Origin: Vulcanisaeta sp. AZ3
Lineage (GTDB): Archaea; Thermoproteota; Thermoprotei; Thermoproteales; Thermocladiaceae
Reading direction: 5' to 3'
Assembly (NCBI GenBank): GCA_000960865.2
Contig: JZWU02000001.1
Location: 39,160-103,159, forward strand
Length of the DNA: 64,000 bases
Positions within the stretch are counted from its first letter, which is position 1. Every line of letters starts with the position of its first letter. The notes under the pieces were generated by a model that was not told the DNA's origin, did no database searches, and saw only the letters and a list, made by a program, of their open reading frames with translations. A program made the position numbers and the translations under genes. This document shows positions 29,943 through 40,845 of this stretch, one piece after another.

Positions 29943-30693
29943 GACCCCTAGTTACTGCTGAGAATCCTGACTGATTAAATACGAACTCATAACTAACGAG
30001 AGTCATGTTAATCCCCAACTCAAACTCGCCGAAGGGGCCTTGGTGCGCTGGATATATGTGTATTGTTGCATTGGCAGGTACACCATTACTTAAGAGACAT
30101 AATTTAGTGACATTAACTACGATGGGGACTCCGAGGAAGTTATTCTTTACCGATGTTGGCGTAATTGTAATGATTGATGTGAAGCAATATGTTGTCTTTC
30201 CGTTCCAACTACCAGTACCTATGTACTTACTCTCATTTATCATCTCCACATAACCACTGGTCAGATTTACGTAAGGCACGCAATGAATAATTGATTGGAC
30301 ACCCATAAATCCAAACTCCAATGCATAACACAATTCATCACCATGCCTCCAAAGAGCAACATTAAACCTACCAGTTAATGCCGTAAGTTCAGTATTCATT
30401 GTAATCGTACCATTAATCACCGTGGCATCCATAATTGGGGTCCTCGATATAGTGACCAAACCACTAACCCTCACCGCATGTGGCAAACCACCCCAATAAG
30501 TAGGCATCACACCCGAAACAATGGGCACCACACTAAACTCATAGGTTGTAGTTATATTCTTACTCAGCAACCCCTTAGCGTTCATTAACGCCGTGGTTGG
30601 ACTATTCTGATTTATATATGTCATTGCAAAGTACGAGGCAGCACCCACCACAATAATCAACGCTATTATGATTATTAATGATTTTGACTTCAT
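29929..30693 (-). CDS. Membrane-anchored secreted protein
   Basis: N-terminal TM, sequons, four Cys; resembles 13199..13957. Confidence 0.7.
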   Translation of the reverse strand: MKSKSLIIIIALIIVVGAASYFAMTYINQNSPTTALMNAKGLLSKNITTTYEFSVVPIVSGVMPTYWGGLPHAVRVSGLVTISRTPIMDATVINGTITMNTELTALTGRFNVALWRHGDELCYALEFGFMGVQSIIHCVPYVNLTSGYVEMINESKYIGTGSWNGKTTYCFTSIITITPTSVKNNFLGVPIVVNVTKLCLLSNGVPANATIHIYPAHQGPFGEFELGINMTLVSYEFVFNQSGFSAVTRGLIPG

Positions 30694-30739
30694 CAATATC
30701 AATCCACGTAATAAACTTTTAAATATTTTCCATTCAATT

Positions 30740-32209
30740 TCAGTAACGCCTAGCAACCCTAAACCAATAATTAGCCTGCCTATCACTACACGCCAAATCC
30801 CTCAACCCACCAATATCCTTACTGGCATCCTCATCAAGCGGCACACCAAGAGCATCAGCATCAAGCAACTGCTGAATCTGCATACCACAATCATTATCAC
30901 CACTCCACGGAACCTCCACAACACCACCCTTATCCAACCTCTCCCTCGCCTCCTCCACAGTGGTTGCCTTAAATACCATGGACCTCATGAAGGACCAAGC
31001 CATACTCCTCATATTATTATTAATATCATTAAGCACCTCTCTAACAGTCTCAACCAAGCCCTCCCTAGGCGCCACGTACTTCTCCATAGTATCCCTCCTA
31101 GCCATCACAATTTGCTTATTCTCCACATCCTTAGGACCAACCTCAATCCTCAAAGGCACACCCATCATCTCCCAATAATTATACTTCCAACCCGGCGTCC
31201 TATCAACCCTATCATCAAGACTAACCCTAACACCTGCACTACTCAACTCATCCCTAATCGCCCTAACCTCCCCTAAGATGGTATCCTCAGTACCCTTATA
31301 CATTATCGGAACAATCACAACCTGTATCGGAGCAACATTTGGAGGCAGAGCAAGCCCCTTATCATCACCATGAATAGCTATCATAGCCGCAATAGCCCTC
31401 TCAGAAATGCCATAACTCGTTGTATGCACGTATTCCCAATCACCATTAGGTGTTAAGTACTTAACATCAAAGACCCTCGAGAAGTTGGTACCGAGGTAAT
31501 GAACCGTACCTATCTGCATAGTCTTACCATCAGGCATTAAGGTGTCAAAGGCTATGGTATACACAGCACCAGCAAACTTATCCCACTCAGGCCTCTGACT
31601 TATTAAGTACGGAACACCCAAATAATCAAATATCTTCTTATAAATCTCCACAGCCTCCCTAACCTGCCTCTCCGCATCCTCCCTATCAGCATGCGCCGTA
31701 TGAGCCTCCTTAAACATAGAAATCTCCCTAAGCCTAATCATAGGCCTCGTAGCCTTAGTCTCAGCCCTAAAAACACTAACAATTTGATAAACCCTGTACG
31801 GCAAGTCAGTATGGTCCTTAATCCAAAGCTTAAACATAGGCATTATAGCAGTCTCACTCGTAGGCCTCAAGACAAGTCTCTCCTCACCAACACCACCCTT
31901 ACTAACCCAAAAAACCTCCTGCTCAAAACCCCTAATATGCTCACTCTCCTTAACCAAGAACTCATAAGGTATGAAAACAGGAAACAAAACCTCCTGATGA
32001 CCAGTCTCATCATGAACGCTCCTAATATAAGCTTCCACAAGACGTCTCAACTTGACACCATAAGGCCTCCAAACATAAGCACCCTTAACCGGATACCTAT
32101 AATCATAAAGCCCAGTCTCCATTATAACCCAATTAAACCAGTCAATAAAATCCCTCCACTTCTCCCTAGGCCTAGCCTCACCAGACTTAACGAGTTGTAA
32201 CCTGGCAAT
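30740..32209 (-). CDS. proS: Proline--tRNA ligase (start uncertain: ATT 32209 or ATG 32122)
   Basis: [33 protein letters not shown] and GISER motifs; conserved F.DWF.WV lies upstream of first ATG. Confidence 0.95.
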   Translation of the reverse strand: MARLQLVKSGEARPREKWRDFIDWFNWVIMETGLYDYRYPVKGAYVWRPYGVKLRRLVEAYIRSVHDETGHQEVLFPVFIPYEFLVKESEHIRGFEQEVFWVSKGGVGEERLVLRPTSETAIMPMFKLWIKDHTDLPYRVYQIVSVFRAETKATRPMIRLREISMFKEAHTAHADREDAERQVREAVEIYKKIFDYLGVPYLISQRPEWDKFAGAVYTIAFDTLMPDGKTMQIGTVHYLGTNFSRVFDVKYLTPNGDWEYVHTTSYGISERAIAAMIAIHGDDKGLALPPNVAPIQVVIVPIMYKGTEDTILGEVRAIRDELSSAGVRVSLDDRVDRTPGWKYNYWEMMGVPLRIEVGPKDVENKQIVMARRDTMEKYVAPREGLVETVREVLNDINNNMRSMAWSFMRSMVFKATTVEEARERLDKGGVVEVPWSGDNDCGMQIQQLLDADALGVPLDEDASKDIGGLRDLACSDRQANYWFRVARRY

Positions 32210-32344
32210 GAAAGGTCCCGAAAACCGCTTAAGATAAAACCCTTTAAAACATTACGCCCACTGATAACGACGTAAGTAAAATATTACTCCAGGAAAGACT
32301 CTCTAGAGAATTTTTATGCTTATGGTAATCTTCTCATGAGGCCG

Positions 32345-33578
32345 CTAGATCAATTTCTTATTTTCAACTACTAGATTACCATCTTTTATTACGTACTCAA
32401 CTTTCGATATATCATTAATATTCTCTATTGGATTACCATCCACTACAATAACATCTGCAGTTCTCCCTACCTCTATTAATCCAGAATCCAGCCCTAAAGC
32501 TAAGGCAGAATTATACGTGGCCGCTCTCAAAGCCTCTAAATTACTAAGATTTCCCATTTCAACCAATAAAACAATTTCACTCCAGTTCTTACCAATATCA
32601 AACTCCTCCAAACCAGTTTCAAATCCTAAATCAGTTCCAGTAATTATGAGCACACCATACTCCTTAGCCTTCCTAACAACACTTGCAATACTTTCCCTAA
32701 CAGCACTAATCTTCTCAAGCCCCCACTCATCTACGCCTATTTGCTTCCCATACTTATATATTAATTCCTGGACAGTAAGAGTAGGAGTTAAACTAACATT
32801 CTTCTCAACCATTAATTTTAAGGTATCATCACGTAATAAGGTACCATGCTCTATAGTCTTAACCCCCGCCTCTATCGCTATTTTAGCCCCCTTATCTCCA
32901 TGTGCATGAGCAGCCACGTACATACCTACCTTCTCAGCCTCATTCACAATAGCCTTAATCTCCTCAAAAGACAGTTGCGGACTCTCAGGCCTATCTCTCT
33001 GCGATAAGACCCCTCCAGTTGCAAATATTTTTATGAAGTCCGCCCCATCCCTCAATACCTTTCTAGCAGCATGAATACAAGATTCCACACCATCACAAAA
33101 CTCCGAGAAACTCATCGCTTTTGAAAATTCCAATGGAATATCATGACTCAATTCCCCATGTCCAAAGGTTTGCGTTATCGGCTTGCCCGCTGCAATAATT
33201 CTCGGGCCTTTAATTACTCCATCATTTACAGCCCTCCTTAAAGCTATTGATATACTCTTTCCACAATCCCTTACAGTTGTATATCCAGCCAACAGTAATT
33301 TTTTCTAACCATTTAGAAGCCCTAAGTACTCTATATTCTGGCTTCTCGAACATAATCCTTAATAAACTTCCCCCCTTAATTCCACTCAAGTGAATATGAG
33401 CATCTATTAAACCCGGCATAACGAATTTACCCTCAGCATTAACCTCTATCTTCACTTGTCTATTTTCTTTAGAAACTTCGACTATTTTGCCCTGCTTAAT
33501 ATACACATTAGCCCTTCCTATTAATTCTTTTCCATTGAAAACAATTCCTCCTTTAATTCCAATGTCCGCATCCATCAT
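32345..33578 (-). pseudogene. Metal-dependent amidohydrolase (Xaa-Pro dipeptidase-like) split by a frameshift
   Basis: MPGLIDAHIH in ORF 33222..33578 continues as AGYTTVRD, IKIFATGG, AAHAHG, EHG, GTD in ORF 32345..33292; extra A in A6 run (T6 at 33299-33304). Confidence 0.85.
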
Positions 33579-34855
33579 TGAGTCACCTCTTGACCCTCAA
33601 AAACAACTCCCTTAGTCTCCTTATATATAATGTAAGATATTAATGTTGCTATCATAGCTGCAATACCCCAATATGTTGGGGCCAGTTTATAATGGGTGGC
33701 ATATATAAGATAGGTAGCTATAAATGGTGTAGTTCCTCCAAAAACTGCTACACCTACATGGTAATCAAAAGAAAGTGCAGTATATCTTACCTTAGTTGGA
33801 AACATCTCCGTTAATGCAGCGGCATAGGCTGGGGTTACAATCGAGCCTAAGATGCTGTAGATTATTTGAGCTAAGAGTATTAGAGAAAAGTTACCGGTAG
33901 ATATTAGATATAAATATGGATAAACGAAAATCAGTAAACCAACTGCCCCAGTTATCATTAGAGGCTTTCTTCCCACTTTATCAGCTATTATACCAAAAAT
34001 AAAAATTGCTATAGTCTCCACTACGTAGCCTATTGTTAGTATAAGTGAAACGGTCCTTACAGGAATTCTTATAACAGTCTCTAAATATGATGTGGCAAAA
34101 ACGCTCGTGGCATAGGTCATCGCAGTTCCTCCTACTATAAAACCTAAACCTATCAATATTTCTCTCCAATACTCTCTAAAGGCATCTGCTAAAGGAATTC
34201 TAGAGATCTCCATTTTATCTTTAATTCTTTTAAAAACTGGAGACTCACTTATTCTTAACCTTATAATAACTCCTATTACTGCTATAAAGGCTCCAATAAT
34301 GAATAGAATCCTCCAACCAATAGATGAAAACTCTGCAGATGACATTATATATGTGAGGAGCAGAATTAGTCCAGTAGCCATGAGGGGTCCTAAACCTTGA
34401 GCTGTCTGAGCTATACCTACATATGTAGCTCTCTCCGTGGGTTTAGCAAATTCGGCAGTTAACGTTATTCCGCCACCAAATTCACCACCTAAAGAAAGAC
34501 CCTGGAGAAATCTCAGAGTAACTAGTAATATGGGGGCTAAAATTCCTATGGTGGCATAGGTCGGTAGTAAACCCGTGAAAAGTGATGCGAGACCCATTAA
34601 AGTTATAGTGAATACTAACGTATACTTCCTACCTATCTTATCTCCGAGATGACCAAAGACTATAGCACCTAATGGTCTACCTGCAAATCCTGTGGCAAAT
34701 GCTGCGAAAGTGGCTAGTAAAGATGCTATTGGATTACTTGAGGGGAAAAATAATTCAGCCAAAATACTTGCCACAAATCCAAATACTAAAAAGTCATAAA
34801 ACTCAAAAGCTATGCCTACGGCTGCCGCTATCGAAACTTTAATTTCATCCCTCAC
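33575..34855 (-). CDS. MFS transporter, metabolite:H+ symporter (ProP-like)
   Basis: EFYDF, RPLG...FG..GD.IGRK, RFLQGLSLGGEFGG and ESP.F motifs. Confidence 0.92.
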   Translation of the reverse strand: MRDEIKVSIAAAVGIAFEFYDFLVFGFVASILAELFFPSSNPIASLLATFAAFATGFAGRPLGAIVFGHLGDKIGRKYTLVFTITLMGLASLFTGLLPTYATIGILAPILLVTLRFLQGLSLGGEFGGGITLTAEFAKPTERATYVGIAQTAQGLGPLMATGLILLLTYIMSSAEFSSIGWRILFIIGAFIAVIGVIIRLRISESPVFKRIKDKMEISRIPLADAFREYWREILIGLGFIVGGTAMTYATSVFATSYLETVIRIPVRTVSLILTIGYVVETIAIFIFGIIADKVGRKPLMITGAVGLLIFVYPYLYLISTGNFSLILLAQIIYSILGSIVTPAYAAALTEMFPTKVRYTALSFDYHVGVAVFGGTTPFIATYLIYATHYKLAPTYWGIAAMIATLISYIIYKETKGVVFEGQEVTQ

Positions 34856-35123
34856 AATATAGCCTCTTCATAAACTATTTATAAGCATTTCGATACTATA
34901 GTTCAGCTCGATCTATATAAATATTATTTCATATACTTTTCCACTCCATTATCGCTGATAAGTTCATTCTGAAGTCTCTGATGCATGTACCTGTCTTCCC
35001 TCTCATCGGCAAAATTTAGCTGCTTAACAATCCCAAGCCTATATCAGAAGTATTGTCTGGTTATGATTCCTGCCGTTCTTATTAAAGTATTTTAAGTCCA
35101 ACATAAAGCCTTCTAAAGAGGAT

Positions 35124-35324
35124 ATGGCATTAATGATTAGGGTTAAGGTGCTAGATAACTGTATTGGGTGCGGCATATGCTGGACAATATGCCCAAAGGG
35201 AGTCCTCACAGGCAGGCTGAGGGATAAGGCTTACGTAATTAACGAAACTGTTTGCCAAGGATGCTACTCATGCCAAAACAACTGCCCATACAACGCAATC
35301 AAAGTCGAGGTAATCAGAGAATAA
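35124..35324 (+). CDS. 2x[4Fe-4S] ferredoxin
   Basis: CIGCGICWTICP and CQGCYSCQNNCP. Confidence 0.9.
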   Translation: MALMIRVKVLDNCIGCGICWTICPKGVLTGRLRDKAYVINETVCQGCYSCQNNCPYNAIKVEVIRE

Positions 35325-36024
35325 TAGGCAAACCCAAACCCCTAACCAGAGCTATGTACTCACGATCAGTCAATAACCTACCGTAAGCCTCAGCCAAATC
35401 CCTACTACCAACAACATAATCACCAATGTACCTAACCACAAACGGAACAATACGATCAATAATAGACTTACCCAAATACCCCAAAGCAACAAGACCCAAA
35501 ACATCCACCGGCGTTGGGATTATCGGCCCAAGAACTATCACGCTCGTGGAACCACGAATGAGTACCTCGTAAGGATAACCATCAATAACGACATTACCAC
35601 ACTCAGGAAACTCACGCACCCCAATAACACCACTAAATGCATCAAGCCACTCCTCACTAGCCACCCTACCACCAACCCTAACCCTAAGCACCAACCTTGC
35701 AATCTCCACAGCAGCCTCCCTAGCCCTAAGGAAATAATCCATCGAATGAAAACACTCAACATTAAACTCAGGTCTCACCCTAACCAACACCTTCAGAACA
35801 CCAAGGACAGGACCCCAAAGCCTAGCCTCACCCGCACCAAGTTCATCATCAACCCAACTCAAGTCCTTGCTTGACAATACATTACTTACGAACTTAATAC
35901 AGAACTCCCTCGGCAATGGAAGAGCTATGCACTCAACTCTCCTGGACAGGGTACTTATTAATGTGCCTAGTAATGCCATTGATGGTTCAGTCCTTGGAAC
36001 AATTATGGTGAGCCCTCCATGCAC
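35314..36024 (-). CDS. Hypothetical protein
   Basis: 236-aa ORF with strand-typical codon usage. Confidence 0.65.
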   Translation of the reverse strand: MHGGLTIIVPRTEPSMALLGTLISTLSRRVECIALPLPREFCIKFVSNVLSSKDLSWVDDELGAGEARLWGPVLGVLKVLVRVRPEFNVECFHSMDYFLRAREAAVEIARLVLRVRVGGRVASEEWLDAFSGVIGVREFPECGNVVIDGYPYEVLIRGSTSVIVLGPIIPTPVDVLGLVALGYLGKSIIDRIVPFVVRYIGDYVVGSRDLAEAYGRLLTDREYIALVRGLGLPIIL

Positions 36025-36061
36025 AAAAATCCAATGAGCCTAAACCCTTATCTAGTTTTGC

Positions 36062-36113
36062 TCAGGACCCGAGTTCTCATCACATTGCTTCAGAGGCCTG
36101 TCGGTCTCATCAA
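36062..36113 (-). ncRNA. C/D box methylation-guide sRNA
   Basis: Minus strand TTGATGA-gaccgacaggcct-CTGA-agcaat-GTGATGA-gaactcgggtc-CTGA. Confidence 0.88.
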
Positions 36114-36155
36114 TAAAATGACAATTTTTGTAAGGCTCTCTTTCTAATAAGGATT

Positions 36156-36896
36156 GTGGGCTTCAATGATTATAACGCGCTTAGGGAGCTTTGCGCCAGG
36201 ATTAATTGTAGTAATGCCTACCTTGGAATTCTAACGAGAGAGTTAGCGTCGTTGGGAGTTTCCGAGTTATTGAGTGAGGGGCCTATGGAGTTCCTAGGGG
36301 TGAGACTCCTTGGTAAGGGTCAAAACTCCTACGTATTCATATGTAAGCTAGGAAACATCAACAATGAGTACGCCTGTAAAATTAGAAGACCTGACGCATC
36401 AAGACCTGAGCTCGCCAGGGAGGGCCTCCTAATGAGGCTTGCTAATTCAGTGGGTGTGGGGCCCCACGTAATTAATTATACGAGCAATATCATAGTGATG
36501 GAACTAATTAAGGGGGTACCAATGAGCGAGTACGTGTGGTCTACGAGCCCAAGCGAATTAAGGAGTGTTATTAGGGATTTGCTTCTTCAGTGTCGTAGGT
36601 TAGACTCAATAGGGCTTATGCATAATGAGTTAAGTAGGGTTGAGGATCACATAATAATCACTGAGGATAAGCCCTACATAATTGACTTTGAGAGCGCCAC
36701 CGTGGGTAGTAGGGGTAGTAATGTGTCACAAATCATTAATGCACTAATCATGGGCAAGAGCCAGGTGCAGGCTAAGATTAGGTCTGTCCTGAACCCTGAG
36801 GCTGATCTTAACGAGTTGCGGGGGTTAGTTAGGGATTATAAGGTTAGGAGGGATGATGAGTCATTCCTGAGGATCCTCAGTTCACTTGGCCTTTAA
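36156..36896 (+). CDS. RIO/Bud32-like Ser/Thr protein kinase
   Basis: LGKG, ACKIRR, HNELS and IIDFESA motifs. Confidence 0.82.
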   Translation: MGFNDYNALRELCARINCSNAYLGILTRELASLGVSELLSEGPMEFLGVRLLGKGQNSYVFICKLGNINNEYACKIRRPDASRPELAREGLLMRLANSVGVGPHVINYTSNIIVMELIKGVPMSEYVWSTSPSELRSVIRDLLLQCRRLDSIGLMHNELSRVEDHIIITEDKPYIIDFESATVGSRGSNVSQIINALIMGKSQVQAKIRSVLNPEADLNELRGLVRDYKVRRDDESFLRILSSLGL

Positions 36897-37403
36897 GAGT
36901 TCCTGGGCTAAGTTCCACAGTTTATCCCCCATGTGGTGCAGTACCTTTATCACCTTACCCTTCTCCACAACTCTCATCTCACTAGCCGACATTAAGGCTA
37001 CACCAATGGCTATGTACCTACCCTTCAAGTCCTTGATGAGGAGGACATCACCATAGGTAAAATCACCATTTATCTCCTTAACCCCGGGCCTCATGACATC
37101 AGCACCATTTATTATATGCGGCACTGCACCATCATCGACAGTCACCGTTGGGTAATCAGGCACATAGGGCGGGTTCGGATAGAAGTAAGTGAGTAATGGT
37201 ACTATGTACTCTCTCCTCTCCGTATCTAACTTAACCGTTAGCTTGGCCACTAGCGGCTTATTATCAATTAGGTATATCGTGGTTTGTTCATTCAATTCAT
37301 AAATCTCAACCTTATTGGCATTACGGAAAACCTGCCCTAGCTCACCAACTGCATTACTCAAGTCCTTGATGTCCTTATTGCTAAGGAAGTATCTCTTAAC
37401 CAC
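36882..37403 (-). CDS. PUA-domain RNA-binding protein (MCT-1/Tma20-like)
   Basis: VDDGAVPHIINGADVMRPG and KGKVIK.LHH.GD motifs. Confidence 0.88.
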   Translation of the reverse strand: MVKRYFLSNKDIKDLSNAVGELGQVFRNANKVEIYELNEQTTIYLIDNKPLVAKLTVKLDTERREYIVPLLTYFYPNPPYVPDYPTVTVDDGAVPHIINGADVMRPGVKEINGDFTYGDVLLIKDLKGRYIAIGVALMSASEMRVVEKGKVIKVLHHMGDKLWNLAQELLKAK

Positions 37404-37508
37404 AAATTAAATAATAACAAACACACTAATAAGTATTTCAGGGCATAACCCCATTACTTACTTATTAACATTAAATGCTTAATAGTGAGTATTTAATCAC
37501 TAATCGCC

Positions 37509-37847
37509 GTGTCTAGTGAAACAGTCAATAGGGCTGAGTTTGAGAAAGTCATACTTAAGGTAGGTAAAGTAATACACGCAGAGAAGGTGGAAGGCTCTAA
37601 AAAACTCCTAAGGCTAATCATAGACATCGGAGACGAGAGAAGACAAATAATCACGGGACTAGCCGAATTCTATAAGCCGGAGGACCTCATAAATAAGTAC
37701 GTAGTCGTCGTAGCAAACCTAGAGAGTAGGAAAATATTTGGTTATGAGAGTCAAGGCATGATACTAGCAACATGCGATGAGAAGAATCCAACCATAATAA
37801 CAATAGATAAACCACAAGATGAGCAAGTAGGTAAAAGAGTTTGCTAA
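37509..37847 (+). CDS. Stand-alone tRNA-binding domain (Trbp111/MetRS C-terminal-like)
   Basis: KVGKV..AE, KLL, RQII.G and NL..RK.FG.ESQGM motifs. Confidence 0.88.
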   Translation: MSSETVNRAEFEKVILKVGKVIHAEKVEGSKKLLRLIIDIGDERRQIITGLAEFYKPEDLINKYVVVVANLESRKIFGYESQGMILATCDEKNPTIITIDKPQDEQVGKRVC

Positions 37848-37886
37848 AGGGGTTTTTATTAAAAATACTCACTTTAAAACCACTAG

Positions 37887-39068
37887 ATGGCTCAATACTT
37901 AGTACTTGATAATGGATTAAGGCTAATTATTGACAAGAGAGATTTACCAACAGTAGGCATCGCTATAGGAGCAGGGATTGGCTCAATATATGAGGATAAA
38001 GAACTAAGGGGCATAAGTCACCTAGCCGAGCACATAATTTATAGGAACTACCCAAACATAGACCTAGAAATAGAAGGCCTAGGAGGCATCTCCGACGCCT
38101 ACACAGAAAGATCCCTAACCATGTACCTATTCGAAGTAATACCAAGCGAATTAAAGAACCTCCTAAAACTCATTCACAAGATATTCGGTGGAAGGAACAT
38201 TAGCAAGGAAGACCTGGAAAAGGAGAGAAGCGTTGTGCTTTCAGAGTTTAGAATGAGGAGTGACGACCCAAGCACATTAATTTATGACCTAGGCATGAAG
38301 GCACTATTTGGTGATAGCGATTATGGAGACCCAATAATAGGAACCGAGGAAAGCATAACCTCAATAGACATTAAAGACATGAAAGAATTCCTAGAATCAT
38401 ACTACACACCAGACAACATCGTACTAAGTATCGTAGGTCCCGTGAACATGTCCATTGAAGAAATCACCGAAATATTCAACAAATGGGAGGGTAAAGCCAA
38501 GCCAAAGAAAACACCAACAATAAGCAAAGGCAAATCAATAACCATCAACAAGAACATCGACTCAGCATACCTATCATACTCCTGGTACATACCACTAGAG
38601 AATAAAGACCCCTACCTATACTCCATAAAGTCCTCACTCCTAGAATTCCACCTAATAAATGGATTAAGCTCATACCTAATATCGAGGTTCAGGAACAAGG
38701 GCTTCTCATACGTAATCGATATGGATAGGGATTATCTATTCGACGTTTATTACTATCAAATAATTATATCAGCAGTAGATAAAAATATGGTAGATCAAGT
38801 AAGAGGTGAATTAAATAATGCATTACTTAATATAGACTCCATACTTAACGATGAATACTACCTAAATAAACGCCTGAACTACCTAAAATACCTAATAAGC
38901 GATTACACAAGAAGACCCCTACAAATAGCCGAGTCAATGACATACATGGAAATTAAGTTCAGGGATCACGACACCGATAAATTTAACAAACTACTTCAAG
39001 AGCACTTCAGGGATAGATTGAGCGAATTAATACGGGATGGCGTTTGGTCCATGATATTACCACAATAA
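37887..39068 (+). CDS. M16 family zinc peptidase
   Basis: GISHLAEH (HxxEH), ER.VV.SE and YY.P.N motifs. Confidence 0.88.
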   Translation: MAQYLVLDNGLRLIIDKRDLPTVGIAIGAGIGSIYEDKELRGISHLAEHIIYRNYPNIDLEIEGLGGISDAYTERSLTMYLFEVIPSELKNLLKLIHKIFGGRNISKEDLEKERSVVLSEFRMRSDDPSTLIYDLGMKALFGDSDYGDPIIGTEESITSIDIKDMKEFLESYYTPDNIVLSIVGPVNMSIEEITEIFNKWEGKAKPKKTPTISKGKSITINKNIDSAYLSYSWYIPLENKDPYLYSIKSSLLEFHLINGLSSYLISRFRNKGFSYVIDMDRDYLFDVYYYQIIISAVDKNMVDQVRGELNNALLNIDSILNDEYYLNKRLNYLKYLISDYTRRPLQIAESMTYMEIKFRDHDTDKFNKLLQEHFRDRLSELIRDGVWSMILPQ

Positions 39069-39153
39069 TATTATAATAATATTTAATGTATACGTATACT
39101 TTACATTTACGCTCATGATCAATAAGTAATTCATGAGTAATATTCTTGAATCA

Positions 39154-39933
39154 TCACTTAACGCCAACCCTCTCCTTAATCTTCTCGAGAAGCATTTCCA
39201 TAGCCTCACCAGACTTACATCTAATACTCACATCAGCTAAATAATCAAGTTCCGTTGGCTCCATATTGATTATTATCACCTTACCACCCATCTCCTTAAC
39301 GAAGATCGGTACATAAGCCGCAGGATAAACTGTAAGTGACGACCCAATTACTAAAATAGCATCACTCATAAAGGCCAACTCCCTAGCCTTATCAAAATCC
39401 TTAACAGGTTCGCCAAACAACACAACATCAGGTTTAAGCACACCACCACATGCATCACACAACGGTGGAATCTGCCCACCATCAATCTTCCTAACAACCT
39501 CCTCCATTGGATACGCACGACCACAGGCTACACACACGGCCCTCTTCATAGTTCCATGTAGCTCAATCACATTCTCTGAACCAGCTGCCTGATGTAGACC
39601 ATCCACATTCTGTGTAACGACAGCCTTTATCACTCCCATCCTCTCTAGCTCAGCCACTGCATAATGAGCCTTGTTTGGCTTTGCCGTGAATAATGCACTC
39701 ATCCTCATCCTGTAGAAGAGCCAAAACTCCTTAGGGTGCTCCAAGAAATAATCAATCGTGGCAACCTCAGGACTAACCTGCTTCCACAAACCCTGAGGCC
39801 CCCTGAAGTCAGGAATACCTGACTCTGTGGATATCCCAGCCCCTGTGAAGGCTATGGCATGCTTAGCATTGACCAAGATGTTAGCAGCCTCCTCAATGAG
39901 TTTAGGGTCACATGACTTCTCCAACCCAACCAC
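39154..39933 (-). CDS. cobB: NAD-dependent protein deacetylase (Sir2)
   Basis: TGAGISTESGIPDFRG, TQNVDGLHQ.AG, ELHG, two CxxC and KPDVVLFGE. Confidence 0.95.
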   Translation of the reverse strand: MVGLEKSCDPKLIEEAANILVNAKHAIAFTGAGISTESGIPDFRGPQGLWKQVSPEVATIDYFLEHPKEFWLFYRMRMSALFTAKPNKAHYAVAELERMGVIKAVVTQNVDGLHQAAGSENVIELHGTMKRAVCVACGRAYPMEEVVRKIDGGQIPPLCDACGGVLKPDVVLFGEPVKDFDKARELAFMSDAILVIGSSLTVYPAAYVPIFVKEMGGKVIIINMEPTELDYLADVSIRCKSGEAMEMLLEKIKERVGVK

Positions 39934-39995
39934 CCAGGACTTAATTAAGTAGGTAACTTAAATATAAATTAGGCCACTACTAACGTTCACTCGTA

Positions 39996-40044
39996 TTGAT
40001 GAACTGACGACGGGCTGATCACTGATGATTGCGTTGGTGACTGA
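39996..40044 (+). ncRNA. C/D box methylation-guide sRNA, probably 16S rRNA-targeting
   Basis: TTGATGA-actgacgacggg-CTGA-tca-CTGATGA-ttgcgttggtga-CTGA. Confidence 0.88.
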
Positions 40045-40603
40045 GATCATTGTATAACCTAACTACATCATCCGTAGTCCTAACCTCTATGGCTTCAATA
40101 CCATAATCACGCTTTAACGACTCATAAGTAGGCCTATTATGAGCTATTACGTAGTAAGCCGAGGAGAAGGCAAACCTCTCCCAATCCCTTATTGTAAGAC
40201 TTAGTAAACTAACACTACCGCCAGACCTCATGGACTCGGTTGAGTACACACTCACAATATAGGGAACCCTAAGCCTCTGAGCAATCACCTTAGCAATCAC
40301 AGAGGCTATCCAATCATGGGCATGAACAACCCCCAAATCACTGGGTATAACGTATGGAGCCCTCGATAAAACCTCAACGAGTAGGAAGTGCATGTAGGCA
40401 ACAACATCGCTAAACCACTTATCACTAACCGTATAAACCCTCACATTACCATCCATATAACTACCCGTAAAACCCGCCGGATGTATTAAATACACCTCAT
40501 ACTTCTCAGAAAGCCTTACGACCAAGTCCCTAACCTGGAACGCCAATGCTCCTACAACCCTATGCGGCGGATACTCAGGACTTATGTGGAGGACTTTCTC
40601 CAC
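40019..40603 (-). CDS. Glycosyltransferase family 4 N-terminal domain only
   Basis: SPEYPP..VG.L and VHAHDW motifs; ends before the nucleotide-sugar-binding domain. Confidence 0.75.
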   Translation of the reverse strand: MEKVLHISPEYPPHRVVGALAFQVRDLVVRLSEKYEVYLIHPAGFTGSYMDGNVRVYTVSDKWFSDVVAYMHFLLVEVLSRAPYVIPSDLGVVHAHDWIASVIAKVIAQRLRVPYIVSVYSTESMRSGGSVSLLSLTIRDWERFAFSSAYYVIAHNRPTYESLKRDYGIEAIEVRTTDDVVRLYNDLSHQRNHQ

Positions 40604-40605
40604 AA

Positions 40606-40845
40606 TTAGCAATAAATGCTAGATAATTTAATTATTGCAGTTGACGTTAGGTGTACAGAGTCATTCGTAACATTCACATAACCAAGAGTCTTAAGCTTAT
40701 TAATTACGTTCTTAACATCATCAACACCCATGCCCACTATCCTAGCAAGATCCTCAAGCTTAATAGCCCGCTCCCTATCAATCGCAGCTAAGGAGTGCAA
40801 TGCCTGCATTATACTCCTAATCCTCGAGTCATAACTTGACTCCAC
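40606..40845 (-). CDS. Small winged-helix protein
   Basis: LEDLARIVGM..DDVK..INKLK.LGYV pattern. Confidence 0.7.
   Translation of the reverse strand: MESSYDSRIRSIMQALHSLAAIDRERAIKLEDLARIVGMGVDDVKNVINKLKTLGYVNVTNDSVHLTSTAIIKLSSIYC

Noticed and set aside
39110-39157. GTGATGA overlapping the Sir2 stop as a C box
   Set aside because: No matching D box at the proper distance.
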